Part shown: in pieces, positions 18,250-27,236 of the stretch | Numbering within the stretch: the stretch's first letter is position 1 | Layout: each line of letters starts with the position of its first letter | Origin: Ilumatobacteraceae bacterium | GTDB lineage: Bacteria; Actinomycetota; Acidimicrobiia; Acidimicrobiales; Ilumatobacteraceae | Assembly (NCBI GenBank): GCA_963776935.1 | Contig: CAVZOP010000007.1 | Coordinates: 8,788 to 72,787, forward strand | Reading direction: 5' to 3' | Length of the DNA: 64,000 bases | The notes under the pieces: generated by a model | Seen by the model: only the letters and a program-made list of their open reading frames with translations | Database searches by the model: none | What the model was told of the DNA's origin: nothing | Program-made: the position numbers and the translations under genes

Positions 18250-19419
18250 TCAGCCGACGCGGCCGAGGAACTTGCCGAGGGGTGCGCTCACCTGATCGAC
18301 GTTGATCAGGAACGCGTCGTGACCGTGCGGTGAGTCGACTTCGGCGTACGAGCTGGGAGTCCCCTGCCGGGTGAGCATCTCGTGGATCAGGCGCTGCTGG
18401 TAGGACGGGTAGAGCATGTCGCTCGAGATCCCGATCGCCAGCGACGGGACCGTGATGCGCGCCATCGCGCTCTCGACCGACCCGCGCGATCGGGCGATGT
18501 CGTGCAGGTCCATCGCCTTGCCGATCACGAGGTAGCTGTTGGCGTCGAAACGGTGCACCAGCCGCTCGCCGTGGTACTCGAGGTAGCGCTCGACCTCGAA
18601 CTGCTGCCACAGCCCGAACGTGTCGCCGAACGCCGGCCGGTCGGCCAGATCGCGGCCGAATCGATCGGTGAACACGTTGTCGCTGCGGAACGTGACCTGG
18701 GCGATCTGGCGGGCGATGGCGAGACCCTCGGACGGGCCGTCACCGGGCTCGGCGTCGTAGTAGTCGCCACCGCGCCACCGTGGGTCGAGGCGGATCGCAC
18801 GGCGACCGATCGCGCCCCACGCGATCTGCTGGGCGGTGGCCTGCATGCACGCCGCGATCGGGGCGATCGAGCGCACGCGCCGCGGGTACGTGATGGCCCA
18901 TTCGAGGACCTGCATTCCACCCATCGATCCGCCGACGACCGCGTGCCACGACTCGATTCCGAGGTACGGCATGAGACGGACCTGGGCGCGAACCATGTCG
19001 CGGATCGTGACAACGGGGAAGCGCGATCCGTACGGGCGACCGTCGACGGGGTGTGGCGACGCCGGCCCGGTGGAGCCCTGGCACCCGCCGAGCACGTTGG
19101 CGCAGACGACGAACCACCGGTCGGTGTCGAGCGCCAGTCCGGGTCCGATGACATCGGACCACCAGCCCGGTGCGTTGTGGCCCGTGCCGGCGCGGCCCGA
19201 GGCGTGACTGTCGCCGGTCCACGCGTGGCAGACGAGGACGGCGTTCGAGCGATCCTCGTTGAGCACGCCCCACGTCTCGTAAGCGATCACGACGTCGCGA
19301 AGGGCGACGCCGCTCTCGAGCGCGAACGGGTGGTCGTTGGCGAACGTGAAGAACCGGCGGCATCCGGCTGGATCGGTCGGTTGCCAGGCCCCGGTCACCG
19401 GGAGCGGCTCAGTGCTCAC
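18250..19419 (-). CDS. metX: Homoserine O-acetyltransferase
   Basis: 389 aa with ..VLVCHAWTGDSHA.. and the nucleophile elbow ..VVGGSMGGMQ... GTG start is preceded by GAGGAGG. Confidence 0.9.
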   Translation of the reverse strand: MSTEPLPVTGAWQPTDPAGCRRFFTFANDHPFALESGVALRDVVIAYETWGVLNEDRSNAVLVCHAWTGDSHASGRAGTGHNAPGWWSDVIGPGLALDTDRWFVVCANVLGGCQGSTGPASPHPVDGRPYGSRFPVVTIRDMVRAQVRLMPYLGIESWHAVVGGSMGGMQVLEWAITYPRRVRSIAPIAACMQATAQQIAWGAIGRRAIRLDPRWRGGDYYDAEPGDGPSEGLAIARQIAQVTFRSDNVFTDRFGRDLADRPAFGDTFGLWQQFEVERYLEYHGERLVHRFDANSYLVIGKAMDLHDIARSRGSVESAMARITVPSLAIGISSDMLYPSYQQRLIHEMLTRQGTPSSYAEVDSPHGHDAFLINVDQVSAPLGKFLGRVG

Positions 19420-19452
19420 GTCGCCTCCTCAGCGCGCGTCTCGTCGTGTCTT

Positions 19453-19590
19453 GCAGTGCATCGCGAGCGGCACGAACGCCGGGTTGCCGGACGGATCCGG
19501 CCACATCCCACCGTTGCCGGTGGAGGCACCTTGGAGCGTTCATCCAGGTTGCCGGGCCCATTGTGCGGGCCGCTCGAAATGCTGCACCGA
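19453..19590 (-). promoter_or_regulatory. Candidate SAM riboswitch (SAM-I/SAM-IV-like core) in the metX leader
   Basis: The RNA reads ..CGAGCGGC-CCGCACAAUGGGCCCGGCAACC-UGGAUGAACGCUCCA-AGGUGCCUCC-ACCGGCAACGGU..GCCGCUCG. An 8-bp closing helix (19569-19576 with 19464-19471) encloses several hairpins. The conserved SAM-I/IV strings GCAACC and AGGUGC are present in the expected order. Confidence 0.45.
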
Positions 19591-19627
19591 GCGTACAGCG
19601 CGTGTGCGTCCGCCGACGACGCATAAA

Positions 19628-20542
19628 TCAACTCCGGTAGTGGTCGTCCTGCTCGGCGATCGCGGCAAGGCCGACGAGGGCGGTGAAGTCCTCGAACGCG
19701 ACGAGCCCGTCGAGGTGATCACGGAGGCTGCCGTGGTCGTGGAGGATCGTCAGCGCCCGCTGCACGGCGTGGACCGCGGCGAACATCGCCGTCACCGGTG
19801 AGACCACCAACCGAAAGCCGAGCTGTCCGAGCTCGTCGGGCGTGAGCAACGGTGTCTTCCCCGTCTCGACCATGTTGGCGACGAGTACGACATCGGGGAG
19901 CGCGGCCGCGATCGCCTCCAGCTCGGCGATGCTCCCGGGCGCCTCGACGAACACCGCGTCGACACCGACGTCGCGCGCCATCTTCGCCCGCTCGATCGCG
20001 TCGGTGAGCCCGTTCACCGCCAGCGCGTCGGTACGCGCCGTCACGTGCAGGTGCACTCGGTGGTCACACGCGGCCCGGAGCTTGGCGAGCCAGTCGTCCA
20101 CCGCGATGACCTGCTTGCCGGCCATGTGTCCGCAGCGCTTCGGCCACACCTGATCCTCGAGGAAGACCCCGGCCGCCCCCGCCGCCTCCCACATCTCCAC
20201 GGTGCGGATGACGTTGATCGGGTTGCCGTATCCGGTGTCGCCGTCGACCACCACGAGTGATCCCGGGACGGCAACGCACACTCGCCGTGCCACGTCGGCC
20301 ATCTCGGTCTGCGTGACGAGCCCGACGTCGGGCATCGCGAGCGTGCTCGCCGACACGCAGAAGCCGGACACGAACACGCCAGGGAAACCGGCTTCGACGG
20401 CGAGATGCGCCGACAGCGCGTCCCACACACCCGGCAGCACGGTCGGCTCGCCGGTCGTCAGCAGGGCACGCAGGCGATCACCGGGGAGGGGCGGGGCGGT
20501 AGCACTCATCGTGGCGGACCGTAACCGGGGGTGGTCCGCCAC
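19628..20542 (-). CDS. Isocitrate lyase/PEP mutase-family protein (methylisocitrate lyase / carboxyvinyl-carboxyphosphonate phosphorylmutase-like)
   Basis: ..GVWDALSA..GFPGVFVSGF..PDVGLVTQTEM..VVVDGDTGYGN..AGAAGVFLEDQVWPKRCGH.. are characteristic of the family. Confidence 0.8.
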   Translation of the reverse strand: MADHPRLRSATMSATAPPLPGDRLRALLTTGEPTVLPGVWDALSAHLAVEAGFPGVFVSGFCVSASTLAMPDVGLVTQTEMADVARRVCVAVPGSLVVVDGDTGYGNPINVIRTVEMWEAAGAAGVFLEDQVWPKRCGHMAGKQVIAVDDWLAKLRAACDHRVHLHVTARTDALAVNGLTDAIERAKMARDVGVDAVFVEAPGSIAELEAIAAALPDVVLVANMVETGKTPLLTPDELGQLGFRLVVSPVTAMFAAVHAVQRALTILHDHGSLRDHLDGLVAFEDFTALVGLAAIAEQDDHYRS

Positions 20543-20603
20543 GGATGCACGGACCCGGCACCCGGTCAGGCACGCGGTTTGGGGACACGGTTAACGTCTC
20601 CCC

Positions 20604-21878
20604 ATGCGAGTCCTCGTGGTGGGTTCCGGCGGGGTCGGCTCGGCATTCGTGGCGATCGCGTCGAGTCGCGATGCCTATGAGCACATCACGATCGCCGACG
20701 TCGACGTCAAGAAGGCGGAGGCCGCCGTGGCGACGGCGAAGAACAACGACCGCGGCAGTCGTGTCGTGGCCGCCCAGATCGACGCCTCGTCGGAAGAGGC
20801 CGTCGCCGAACTGGCCCGCTCGGTCGATGCCCACGTGATCCTCAACGCCTGTGATCCGCGCCTCAACCCGTCGATCTTCGAGGGTGCGTTCCAGGCCGGC
20901 TGCCACTACGTCGACATGGCGATGAACCTGTCGCAGCCACACCCGACCCGACCGTACGAGAAGTGCGGGATCCGCCTCGGCGACGGCCAGTTCGCGCAGC
21001 ACCCGGTGTGGAAGAACCGCGGTCTGATGGCGCTCGTCGGGATGGGTGTCGAGCCCGGCTTCTCCGATGTCGCCGCCCGCTACGCCGCCGACGAACTGTT
21101 CTCGTCGATCACCGAGATCGGCGTGCGTGACGGTGCCGATCTCGTCGTCGAGGGGTACGACTTCGCGCCGACGTTCTCGATCTGGACGACGATCGAGGAG
21201 TGCCTCAACCCGCCGGTGATCTACGAGCGCGAGCGTGGCTGGTTCACCACCAGGCCGTTCAGCGAGCCGGAGATGTTCACGTTCCCGGACGGCATCGGGA
21301 CGTTGCAGTGCGTCAACGTCGAGCACGAAGAGGTGATCCTGATGCCGCGCTGGATCGACGTCGAGCGGGTCACGTTCAAGTACGGGCTCGGCGAGGAGTT
21401 CATCGACGTCCTCAAGACGCTCCACAAGCTGTCGCTCGACCAGACGACGGTGGTCGACGTACGCGGGGTCAAGGTCTCGCCGCGCGACGTGGTCGCCGCG
21501 ATCCTGCCCGACCCGGCCGAGCTCGGCGCCCAGATGCGAGGGCGGACGTGTGCCGGTTCCTGGGTGCGCGGGATCGGGCAGGACGGTGCGCCGCGTGAGG
21601 TGTACGTGTACCACGTGGTCGACAACGCCTGGTCGATGAAGAAGTTCGGCCACCAGGCGGTCGTCTGGCAGACGGCCGTGATGCCCGCCGTCGCGATCGA
21701 GCTGATGGCCCACGGCGTGTGGTCGGGGAACGGCATCGTCGGGCCCGAGGCGCTCCCCGCCCAGCCGTTCCTCGACCTGCTCGACGACCACGGCACCGAG
21801 TGGGACTGGGACGACTACCTCGACCGCGCCCCCTCCCCCGCCGCCCCGACCGCCTCACCCCCCGAACTGTCTGCTTGA
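20604..21878 (+). CDS. Saccharopine dehydrogenase-family oxidoreductase
   Basis: The N-terminal Rossmann motif is MRVLVVGSGGVGSAF. Length is 424 aa, with typical ..CHYVDMA.. and ..GVEPGFSD.. segments. Confidence 0.8.
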   Translation: MRVLVVGSGGVGSAFVAIASSRDAYEHITIADVDVKKAEAAVATAKNNDRGSRVVAAQIDASSEEAVAELARSVDAHVILNACDPRLNPSIFEGAFQAGCHYVDMAMNLSQPHPTRPYEKCGIRLGDGQFAQHPVWKNRGLMALVGMGVEPGFSDVAARYAADELFSSITEIGVRDGADLVVEGYDFAPTFSIWTTIEECLNPPVIYERERGWFTTRPFSEPEMFTFPDGIGTLQCVNVEHEEVILMPRWIDVERVTFKYGLGEEFIDVLKTLHKLSLDQTTVVDVRGVKVSPRDVVAAILPDPAELGAQMRGRTCAGSWVRGIGQDGAPREVYVYHVVDNAWSMKKFGHQAVVWQTAVMPAVAIELMAHGVWSGNGIVGPEALPAQPFLDLLDDHGTEWDWDDYLDRAPSPAAPTASPPELSA

Positions 21879-21910
21879 GACTGCCCGCCGGCCCGTCTGA
21901 AGCAGACAGA
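21867..21910. repeat. Palindromic element CTGTCTGCTT[G/C]AGA..TCTGAAGCAGACAG (same motif as 56796-56875)
   Basis: 14-nt arms (one mismatch) flank a GC-rich loop containing GCCCGC. The left arm supplies the last codons and the TGA of the saccharopine dehydrogenase gene. It lies between convergent genes. Confidence 0.75.
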
Positions 21911-21927
21911 ACGGTCAGGGGGTCAGG

Positions 21928-22912
21928 TCACGGCGTCAGTTTGTGGGCGTAGGCGAGGGCGTGGGTGAGGGACTCGGTGAAGGCGATGCCCTGCCAGGCG
22001 ATGTCGAAGGCGGTGCCGTGGTCGACCGACGTGCGGATGATCGGCAGGCCGAGCGTGACGTTCACGCCGGTGTCGAACGCGAGCAGCTTCATCGGTCCGT
22101 GGCCCTGGTCGTGGTACATGCACACGATCGCGTCGAACCGCTTCTGGTGGACGGCCTGGTAGAAGACGGTGTCGGCGGGGTGCGGACCGCTGGCGTCGAT
22201 GCCCGCCGCTCGCGCGTGCTCGATCGCCGGGGCGATGTGCTCGGCGTCCTCGTCGCCGAACAGTCCGTGCTCGCCGGCGTGCGGGTTGAGCCCGCACACG
22301 GCGATCCGCGGGACGTCGAGGAACCGCCGCAACGTGGCGTTCGTCAACTCGATCACGTCGAGGACACGCTGGGGCCGCACCCGCTCGATGGCCTCGCGCA
22401 GCGAACAGTGCGTGCTGACGTGGGTGACGGCGAGATCGCCGCTGGTGAGCATCATCGTGACCTTCGAGGCGCCGCACAGCGAGGCGATGAACTCGGTGTG
22501 ACCGACGAACGCAGGATCGCTGAGCTGCGTCGCTTCCTTGTTCATCGGCATCGTGACGATGCCCGCGACCAGCCCATCGAGGGCGTCGGCCGTCGCCCGC
22601 TCGACGTAGTCACGCGCCGCCGCGCCGACTGCGACCGTCGAGCTCGCCGGGCCGGTGTTGGTCGGCCGTCAGGCACTTCAGGTCGACGACACCCAGTCGT
22701 CCGGGTTCGACGTCGACGGGCGAGGCGATGGCGTGCACATCGACGTCGACGCCGAGCAGCTCGCAGCCGTGCGACAGGATCGCGGCGTCGCCGTAGACGA
22801 CGACCGAGCCGTCGAGCAGGTCGCCGTCGGCGGCGCGCCGCAGGACGATCTCGGGGCCGACGCCCGACGCATCCCCCATCGTGATGGCCATCGGCGCCGG
22901 CTGCACGGTCAT
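21928..22912 (-). pseudogene. PdxA-family 4-hydroxythreonine-4-phosphate dehydrogenase-like (PdxA2-type), frame break at ~22640 as sequenced
   Basis: The N-terminal part MTVQPAPMAITMGDASGVGPEI.. is in one frame and ..AAARDYVERATADALDGLVAGIVTMPMNKEA..NPHAGEHGLFG..MYHDQGHGP..IRTSVDHGTAFDIAW.. is in another. The ATGA overlaps the upstream kinase gene. Confidence 0.8.
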
Positions 22913-24039
22913 GGCGTGAGTGTGCCCCAGATGAGATCGACAAGCGCGTCCGGGCCCCCGAAGCCTCCCGCCCGCGTCACGATCAGCGGCCGGTCCCGGC
23001 CGGGCCGCAGCGACCACGGTGTGCCATCGACCACCAACCCACCGACGTCGAGACGCTCCGGACCGAGCACCGCGTCGGCGGTGTCGCCACCGATCACCAC
23101 CATCGCGCCGAGCTCGTGGGCGGCCGAGATCGCGGACACCGCCCGCGCCATCTCCGCCATCGCCCGAGCGGCCACGTCGGGCGACATCGGCTCGTCCGCT
23201 GCGGGCGGTGCGAGCACCACTGGATCCCCCGCGGCGAGCGCGTCCACGGCGAGCTCGTAACCGTCGCGGAGCACCCGCGCCCCGCGTTCGGCCGTCCGAT
23301 CCACCTGCTCGACGGCCCGCGGGTGGGCGCTGCCGCACACGACCAGCACGGAACCGCGCACGCTCGGACGTTCGTTGCGTTCCTCGCTGTCGAAGAGCCG
23401 TGCCCCGGCGGCGCCGATGGCGCCCGACGTGCCGGCGAGCAGCACACCCTCGACGCCGACCCACCGGTTGGCGATGGCGGCCAGGTCGTTGTCGGTCGCC
23501 GCGTCGGCGACGGCGATCCCGCCGGGCACCTCGAGCCAGTCGACGAGATCGGTGAGATCGTGGCAGCCGACCACATCGAGCGCCCCCGCAGTCTTCAACA
23601 AGTCGGCCGGGCGGCTGGTGCTGATCGGTGCCCGCACGTCGCGCCCGGCCGCCCCCTCGTGGACCGGGACGCCATCGTCGTACACGATCCCTCCGACGCA
23701 CGTCCGGCCGAGCGCCGGGTAGGCCGGGATCACCAGCACCGGATGGCCAGACGCAGCGTGTCGCGCCACCAACTCGCTCGCCCAGTTGCCGCGCAGCGTG
23801 CTGTCGATCTTGTGGGCAGAGCGGGTGGCTGCGATCACGCCGACCTTCACGGCTCGCGACGCGGCCGTGTCGGCCACGACGTGACGCGTGGCGATGTCGA
23901 TCACCGCCGCGCGCGACCCGACGCCGGAGAGCTCGCCCAGGTTGGTGAGCATGGGAACGACACCGGCACCGTCGTGGGCCAGCGCGCCCGCCGTCTCGAG
24001 GGCACCGGTTCGGTCATCGGCGGCGACCAGGAACTCCAC
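22909..24039 (-). CDS. Four-carbon acid-sugar kinase family protein (DUF1537; OtnK/DtnK/LtnK-like)
   Basis: MEFLVAADDRTGALETAGALA.. N-terminus and ..SAHKIDSTLRGN.. motif. It is translationally coupled to the PdxA-like gene, which is the known pairing for this family. Confidence 0.75.
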   Translation of the reverse strand: MEFLVAADDRTGALETAGALAHDGAGVVPMLTNLGELSGVGSRAAVIDIATRHVVADTAASRAVKVGVIAATRSAHKIDSTLRGNWASELVARHAASGHPVLVIPAYPALGRTCVGGIVYDDGVPVHEGAAGRDVRAPISTSRPADLLKTAGALDVVGCHDLTDLVDWLEVPGGIAVADAATDNDLAAIANRWVGVEGVLLAGTSGAIGAAGARLFDSEERNERPSVRGSVLVVCGSAHPRAVEQVDRTAERGARVLRDGYELAVDALAAGDPVVLAPPAADEPMSPDVAARAMAEMARAVSAISAAHELGAMVVIGGDTADAVLGPERLDVGGLVVDGTPWSLRPGRDRPLIVTRAGGFGGPDALVDLIWGTLTP

Positions 24040-24084
24040 GTCCGTATTCTGACCGACTCGGGGCGGCGGCTACGTTCCCCCGTC

Positions 24085-24921
24085 ATGCCCTTCACACGCA
24101 ACGGTGACTGTGAGCTGTACTACGAGACGTTCGGCTCGCCCAGCGACCCGACGCTGCTCCTCATCAACGGACTCGGCAGCCAGTGCATCAACTACGCCGA
24201 GGCGTGGTGCGAGAAGTTCGTCGCCCGCGGGTTCCACGTCATCCGGTTCGACAACCGCGACGTGGGCCTGTCGACGCACTTCAACGATGCGCCGGTCGGT
24301 GGGCGGGGCGAGGCCTACGTGCTGTCCGACATGGCGAACGACGCGATCGCGGTCCTCGACGCCAACGGCGTCGAACAGGCGCACATCATGGGCCTGTCGA
24401 TGGGCGGGATGATCGCCCAGACGCTCGCCATCGAGCACCCCGACCGCTTGCTGTCGATGACGTCGGTGATGTCCGACACGAGCGAGCCCGACCGCCGGAG
24501 CGCGTCGCCGGAGGCGTGGGCCCACCTGACCCGTCCACCGGCGACGAACCGCGACGAGTACGTCGCCGGCCACGTGGCCGGGATGCGGATCTGGGGGAGC
24601 CCCGCCTACGCCGACGACGATCGCTGGCGGGCCGACGCCGAACGAGCCTTCGACCGCTGCTTCGACCCGTCCGGCACTCGACGCCAGTTCCTCGCCATCG
24701 AGGCCTCACCCCCTCGGGCGGAACTGCTCCGCAAGATCGACCTCCCCGTGCTCGTGATCCACGGCGACTGCGACACGCTGATCGGCGTCGAGGGCGGTCG
24801 GCGCACCGCCGAGCTGATCCCAGGCGCCCGGCTCGAGGTGATCGAGGGCATGGGCCACGACTACCCCCCGCAGATGTGGGACCACTGGGTCGCGCTGGTC
24901 GGCGACTTCGCCCTCGGCTGA
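24085..24921 (+). CDS. Alpha/beta-fold hydrolase
   Basis: ..PTLLLINGLGSQ.., nucleophile elbow ..GLSMGGMIAQ.., C-terminal ..GMGHDYP... Confidence 0.8.
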   Translation: MPFTRNGDCELYYETFGSPSDPTLLLINGLGSQCINYAEAWCEKFVARGFHVIRFDNRDVGLSTHFNDAPVGGRGEAYVLSDMANDAIAVLDANGVEQAHIMGLSMGGMIAQTLAIEHPDRLLSMTSVMSDTSEPDRRSASPEAWAHLTRPPATNRDEYVAGHVAGMRIWGSPAYADDDRWRADAERAFDRCFDPSGTRRQFLAIEASPPRAELLRKIDLPVLVIHGDCDTLIGVEGGRRTAELIPGARLEVIEGMGHDYPPQMWDHWVALVGDFALG

Positions 24922-24925
24922 CTCG

Positions 24926-24972
24926 ATCTCGTGAAGTTTCGGCGCCGTCAGGACGCCGAAACTTCACGAGAT
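24926..24972. terminator. Perfect 19-bp-stem hairpin between convergent genes (bidirectional terminator candidate)
   Basis: ATCTCGTGAAGTTTCGGCG-ccgtcagga-CGCCGAAACTTCACGAGAT. It starts 5 nt after the hydrolase stop and overlaps the last codons of the DUF4262 gene. There is no U-tract, as is common in high-GC actinobacteria. Confidence 0.45.
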
Positions 24973-25461
24973 GGGGTCGAGCGTGCCGAGGACCGGCTGG
25001 GCGAGGCGCATCCGCTGGTCGTAGCCGGTCTCGTACGGCATGAACCCGTTGCGGTCGGGATAGAGCAGCTGCACCAGCTCGAACGGCTCACCCCGGTACC
25101 ACGCGATCGCGGTCGGGAAGAACGCGCCGTAGGTCGCGAGGTCGACGCGTCCGAACGCGCACCGCAGGTCGTTGTCGAGCAGGCCGACCACCTCGACACC
25201 GAGCGGGATCTCGGTGCCGCCCCGACAGGCGTCGACGACGAGCTCGAGCAGACCGTTGGCCGCGGCCGGGGTCAGCCCGAACACGGCGACCTCGGCGAAC
25301 CCCACCGCGGCAGGGACTCCGATCGTGTACGCGTAGGCCGGGGTCGGCGGATCCGTGTCGGTCCGGGGCGTGATCGCCTCGAGCGCCCACCCGTTGGTCT
25401 CGATCATCCATTCGATCTTCTCGGCGTGTGGGATGTGGAAGTCGGGCAGCTCCATCGGCAC
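24964..25461 (-). CDS. DUF4262 domain-containing protein
   Basis: 165 aa with ..WALEAITPRTDTDPPTPAYAYTIGV..GFAEVAVFGL.., typical of DUF4262. Confidence 0.65.
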   Translation of the reverse strand: MPMELPDFHIPHAEKIEWMIETNGWALEAITPRTDTDPPTPAYAYTIGVPAAVGFAEVAVFGLTPAAANGLLELVVDACRGGTEIPLGVEVVGLLDNDLRCAFGRVDLATYGAFFPTAIAWYRGEPFELVQLLYPDRNGFMPYETGYDQRMRLAQPVLGTLDPIS

Positions 25462-25511
25462 TTCCTACCAGCGGCCGCGACCCGCACGACCGCAGCTACC
25501 GTCGCCACGAG

Positions 25512-26237
25512 ATGTACCGGTTCCTCCTGCGCCCCAAGTGGATCGGGTTCCACCTGCTCGTCGTCGCCGGCATCGTGGCGATGGTCAACCTCGGGTTCTG
25601 GCAGCTCCGCCGTCTCGAGCAGCGGCGCGACTTCAACGCCAGGGTCGAGGTTCGCAGCGAGCTGCCCCCCGAGCCTCTGGACGACGTGGTGGCCAGCGGC
25701 TCGCCCGACGAGATCGAGTGGCGACTCGTCACGGTCGACGGCCGGTACCTCGCCGACGAGCAGTTCGTGGTCATCAACCGCTCACAGGGCGGGCGCGCCG
25801 GCGACAACGTGGTCACGCCACTGGATCTGGGCGACGGCCGAACGCTGATCGTGAACCGTGGTTTCATCCCGTTGGGCGACGAGCCTCCGCCGCCGCCGGA
25901 TGGAGACGTCGCCATCACCGGACGGATCCGGCAGTCCCAGGAGCGCCGCACGGGACAGCTCTCCGACCCCTCCGATGGCGACCTGACCGAGGTGCAGCGC
26001 CTCGACATCCCACGCGTCGCGCCGCAACTGCCCGGCGAGGTCGTACCCGTCTACATCGACCTCCAGACGTCCGATCCGCCGGAAGCCGCCGGGCTTCCCG
26101 AACCGGTGCCCCGACCACCCCTCGGCGAAGGGCCGCACCTGTCGTACGCGGTGCAATGGTTCATATTCTCCATCTGCGTCGCCATCGGATGGGTGCTCGC
26201 CGTCCGCCGATCGATCGCCACCCGCCGTCGGGCGTGA
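25512..26237 (+). CDS. SURF1-family protein (cytochrome oxidase assembly)
   Basis: MYRFLLRPKWIGFHLLVVAGIVAMVNLGFWQLRRLEQR.. N-terminal TM plus W-Q-x-x-R motif. It has a C-terminal TM and the ..HLSYAVQWF.. motif. Confidence 0.8.
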   Translation: MYRFLLRPKWIGFHLLVVAGIVAMVNLGFWQLRRLEQRRDFNARVEVRSELPPEPLDDVVASGSPDEIEWRLVTVDGRYLADEQFVVINRSQGGRAGDNVVTPLDLGDGRTLIVNRGFIPLGDEPPPPPDGDVAITGRIRQSQERRTGQLSDPSDGDLTEVQRLDIPRVAPQLPGEVVPVYIDLQTSDPPEAAGLPEPVPRPPLGEGPHLSYAVQWFIFSICVAIGWVLAVRRSIATRRRA

Positions 26238-26247
26238 TCGAGCGGGC

Positions 26248-27207
26248 TCAACGAATCCCGTCGAGCTCCCCCATGCGCCGGAACTGCTCGACGACGTCGG
26301 CGCTACGGTGGTCGGGGTCCAGCGCCCTGTAGACGGCGTCGACGTTGACCGCGATCCGACCGAATTCACTGAGCTCGCCGAACTCCTCCGTGGCGCGGAT
26401 GCTGCGCCCGATGTCGCGGGCAGCCTCGAAGGCGTCCATCCCGGCGGCGTGACGTTCGGTCGCCTCGCGATCGACGAAGGCGAGGTAGTCGCGCACGGCA
26501 GTGATGCCGGCCTTGTCGGTGACCGGACCGTGGCCGGGCACGACGGTGTCGACGTCCATGCCGAGCATCAGGTCGCAGGCGTCGATCCAGTTCGACAGTG
26601 GCCCGGCCCACACGATCGGCGTGCCACCGATGAACAGGATGTCGCCGGTGTAGATGGTGGCCGCGTCCGGCACGTAGGCAAGGGTGTCGCCGCGGGTGTG
26701 GGCGGGGCCGACCTCGATCAGCTCGACGGTACGGCCGCCGACGTCGAGCTCGAGCCGACCGTCGAACGTGCGGTCCGGGAGTCGCGGCTCGATCCCGTCG
26801 AACTCGAACTCACCGAAGAAGCTGCGGAACAGGTCGCCGACCTCTCCCTCCGCCGCGTTGAGCGCGGCGAGCATCGACGGCGGTACCTCGCTCATCTCGT
26901 GGGCGGTGGCCGACGAGGCGACGATCTGGGCGCCGCCGACGAGTTGGTTGCCGTAGCAATGATCGCCGTTGGCATGGGTGTTGACCACCGTGCCGATCGG
27001 CGCCGCACGCGTGTGATCGGCCATCGCCGCCAGCATCGCCTCCGTCAGCCGGAGGTCGAACAGCGTGTCGACCAGGAGCGATGCCCCGTCACCGACGACG
27101 AGACCGGCGTTGCTCCACCCCCAGCCGCCGCTGCCCTGGATGTACGCGAAGCACCCGTCACCGAGCTCATCGAGCTCGCCGTGACGCTGAACGAGAGGCT
27201 GATTCAC
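26248..27207 (-). CDS. MBL-fold metallo-hydrolase
   Basis: HxHxDH-type motif ..VVNTHANGDHCYGN.. and downstream ..GPAHTRGD.. and ..VPGHGP... Confidence 0.8.
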   Translation of the reverse strand: MNQPLVQRHGELDELGDGCFAYIQGSGGWGWSNAGLVVGDGASLLVDTLFDLRLTEAMLAAMADHTRAAPIGTVVNTHANGDHCYGNQLVGGAQIVASSATAHEMSEVPPSMLAALNAAEGEVGDLFRSFFGEFEFDGIEPRLPDRTFDGRLELDVGGRTVELIEVGPAHTRGDTLAYVPDAATIYTGDILFIGGTPIVWAGPLSNWIDACDLMLGMDVDTVVPGHGPVTDKAGITAVRDYLAFVDREATERHAAGMDAFEAARDIGRSIRATEEFGELSEFGRIAVNVDAVYRALDPDHRSADVVEQFRRMGELDGIR

Positions 27208-27236
27208 GGCCTCTCCCTAGCACGTACGATCGGGGC

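Noticed and set aside
20478-21791. 437-aa minus-strand ORF covering the saccharopine dehydrogenase gene
   Set aside because: It lies antisense to a gene with clear family motifs. Its translation is Arg/Asp/His/Pro-rich low-complexity sequence, which is typical of shadow ORFs in ~70% GC DNA.
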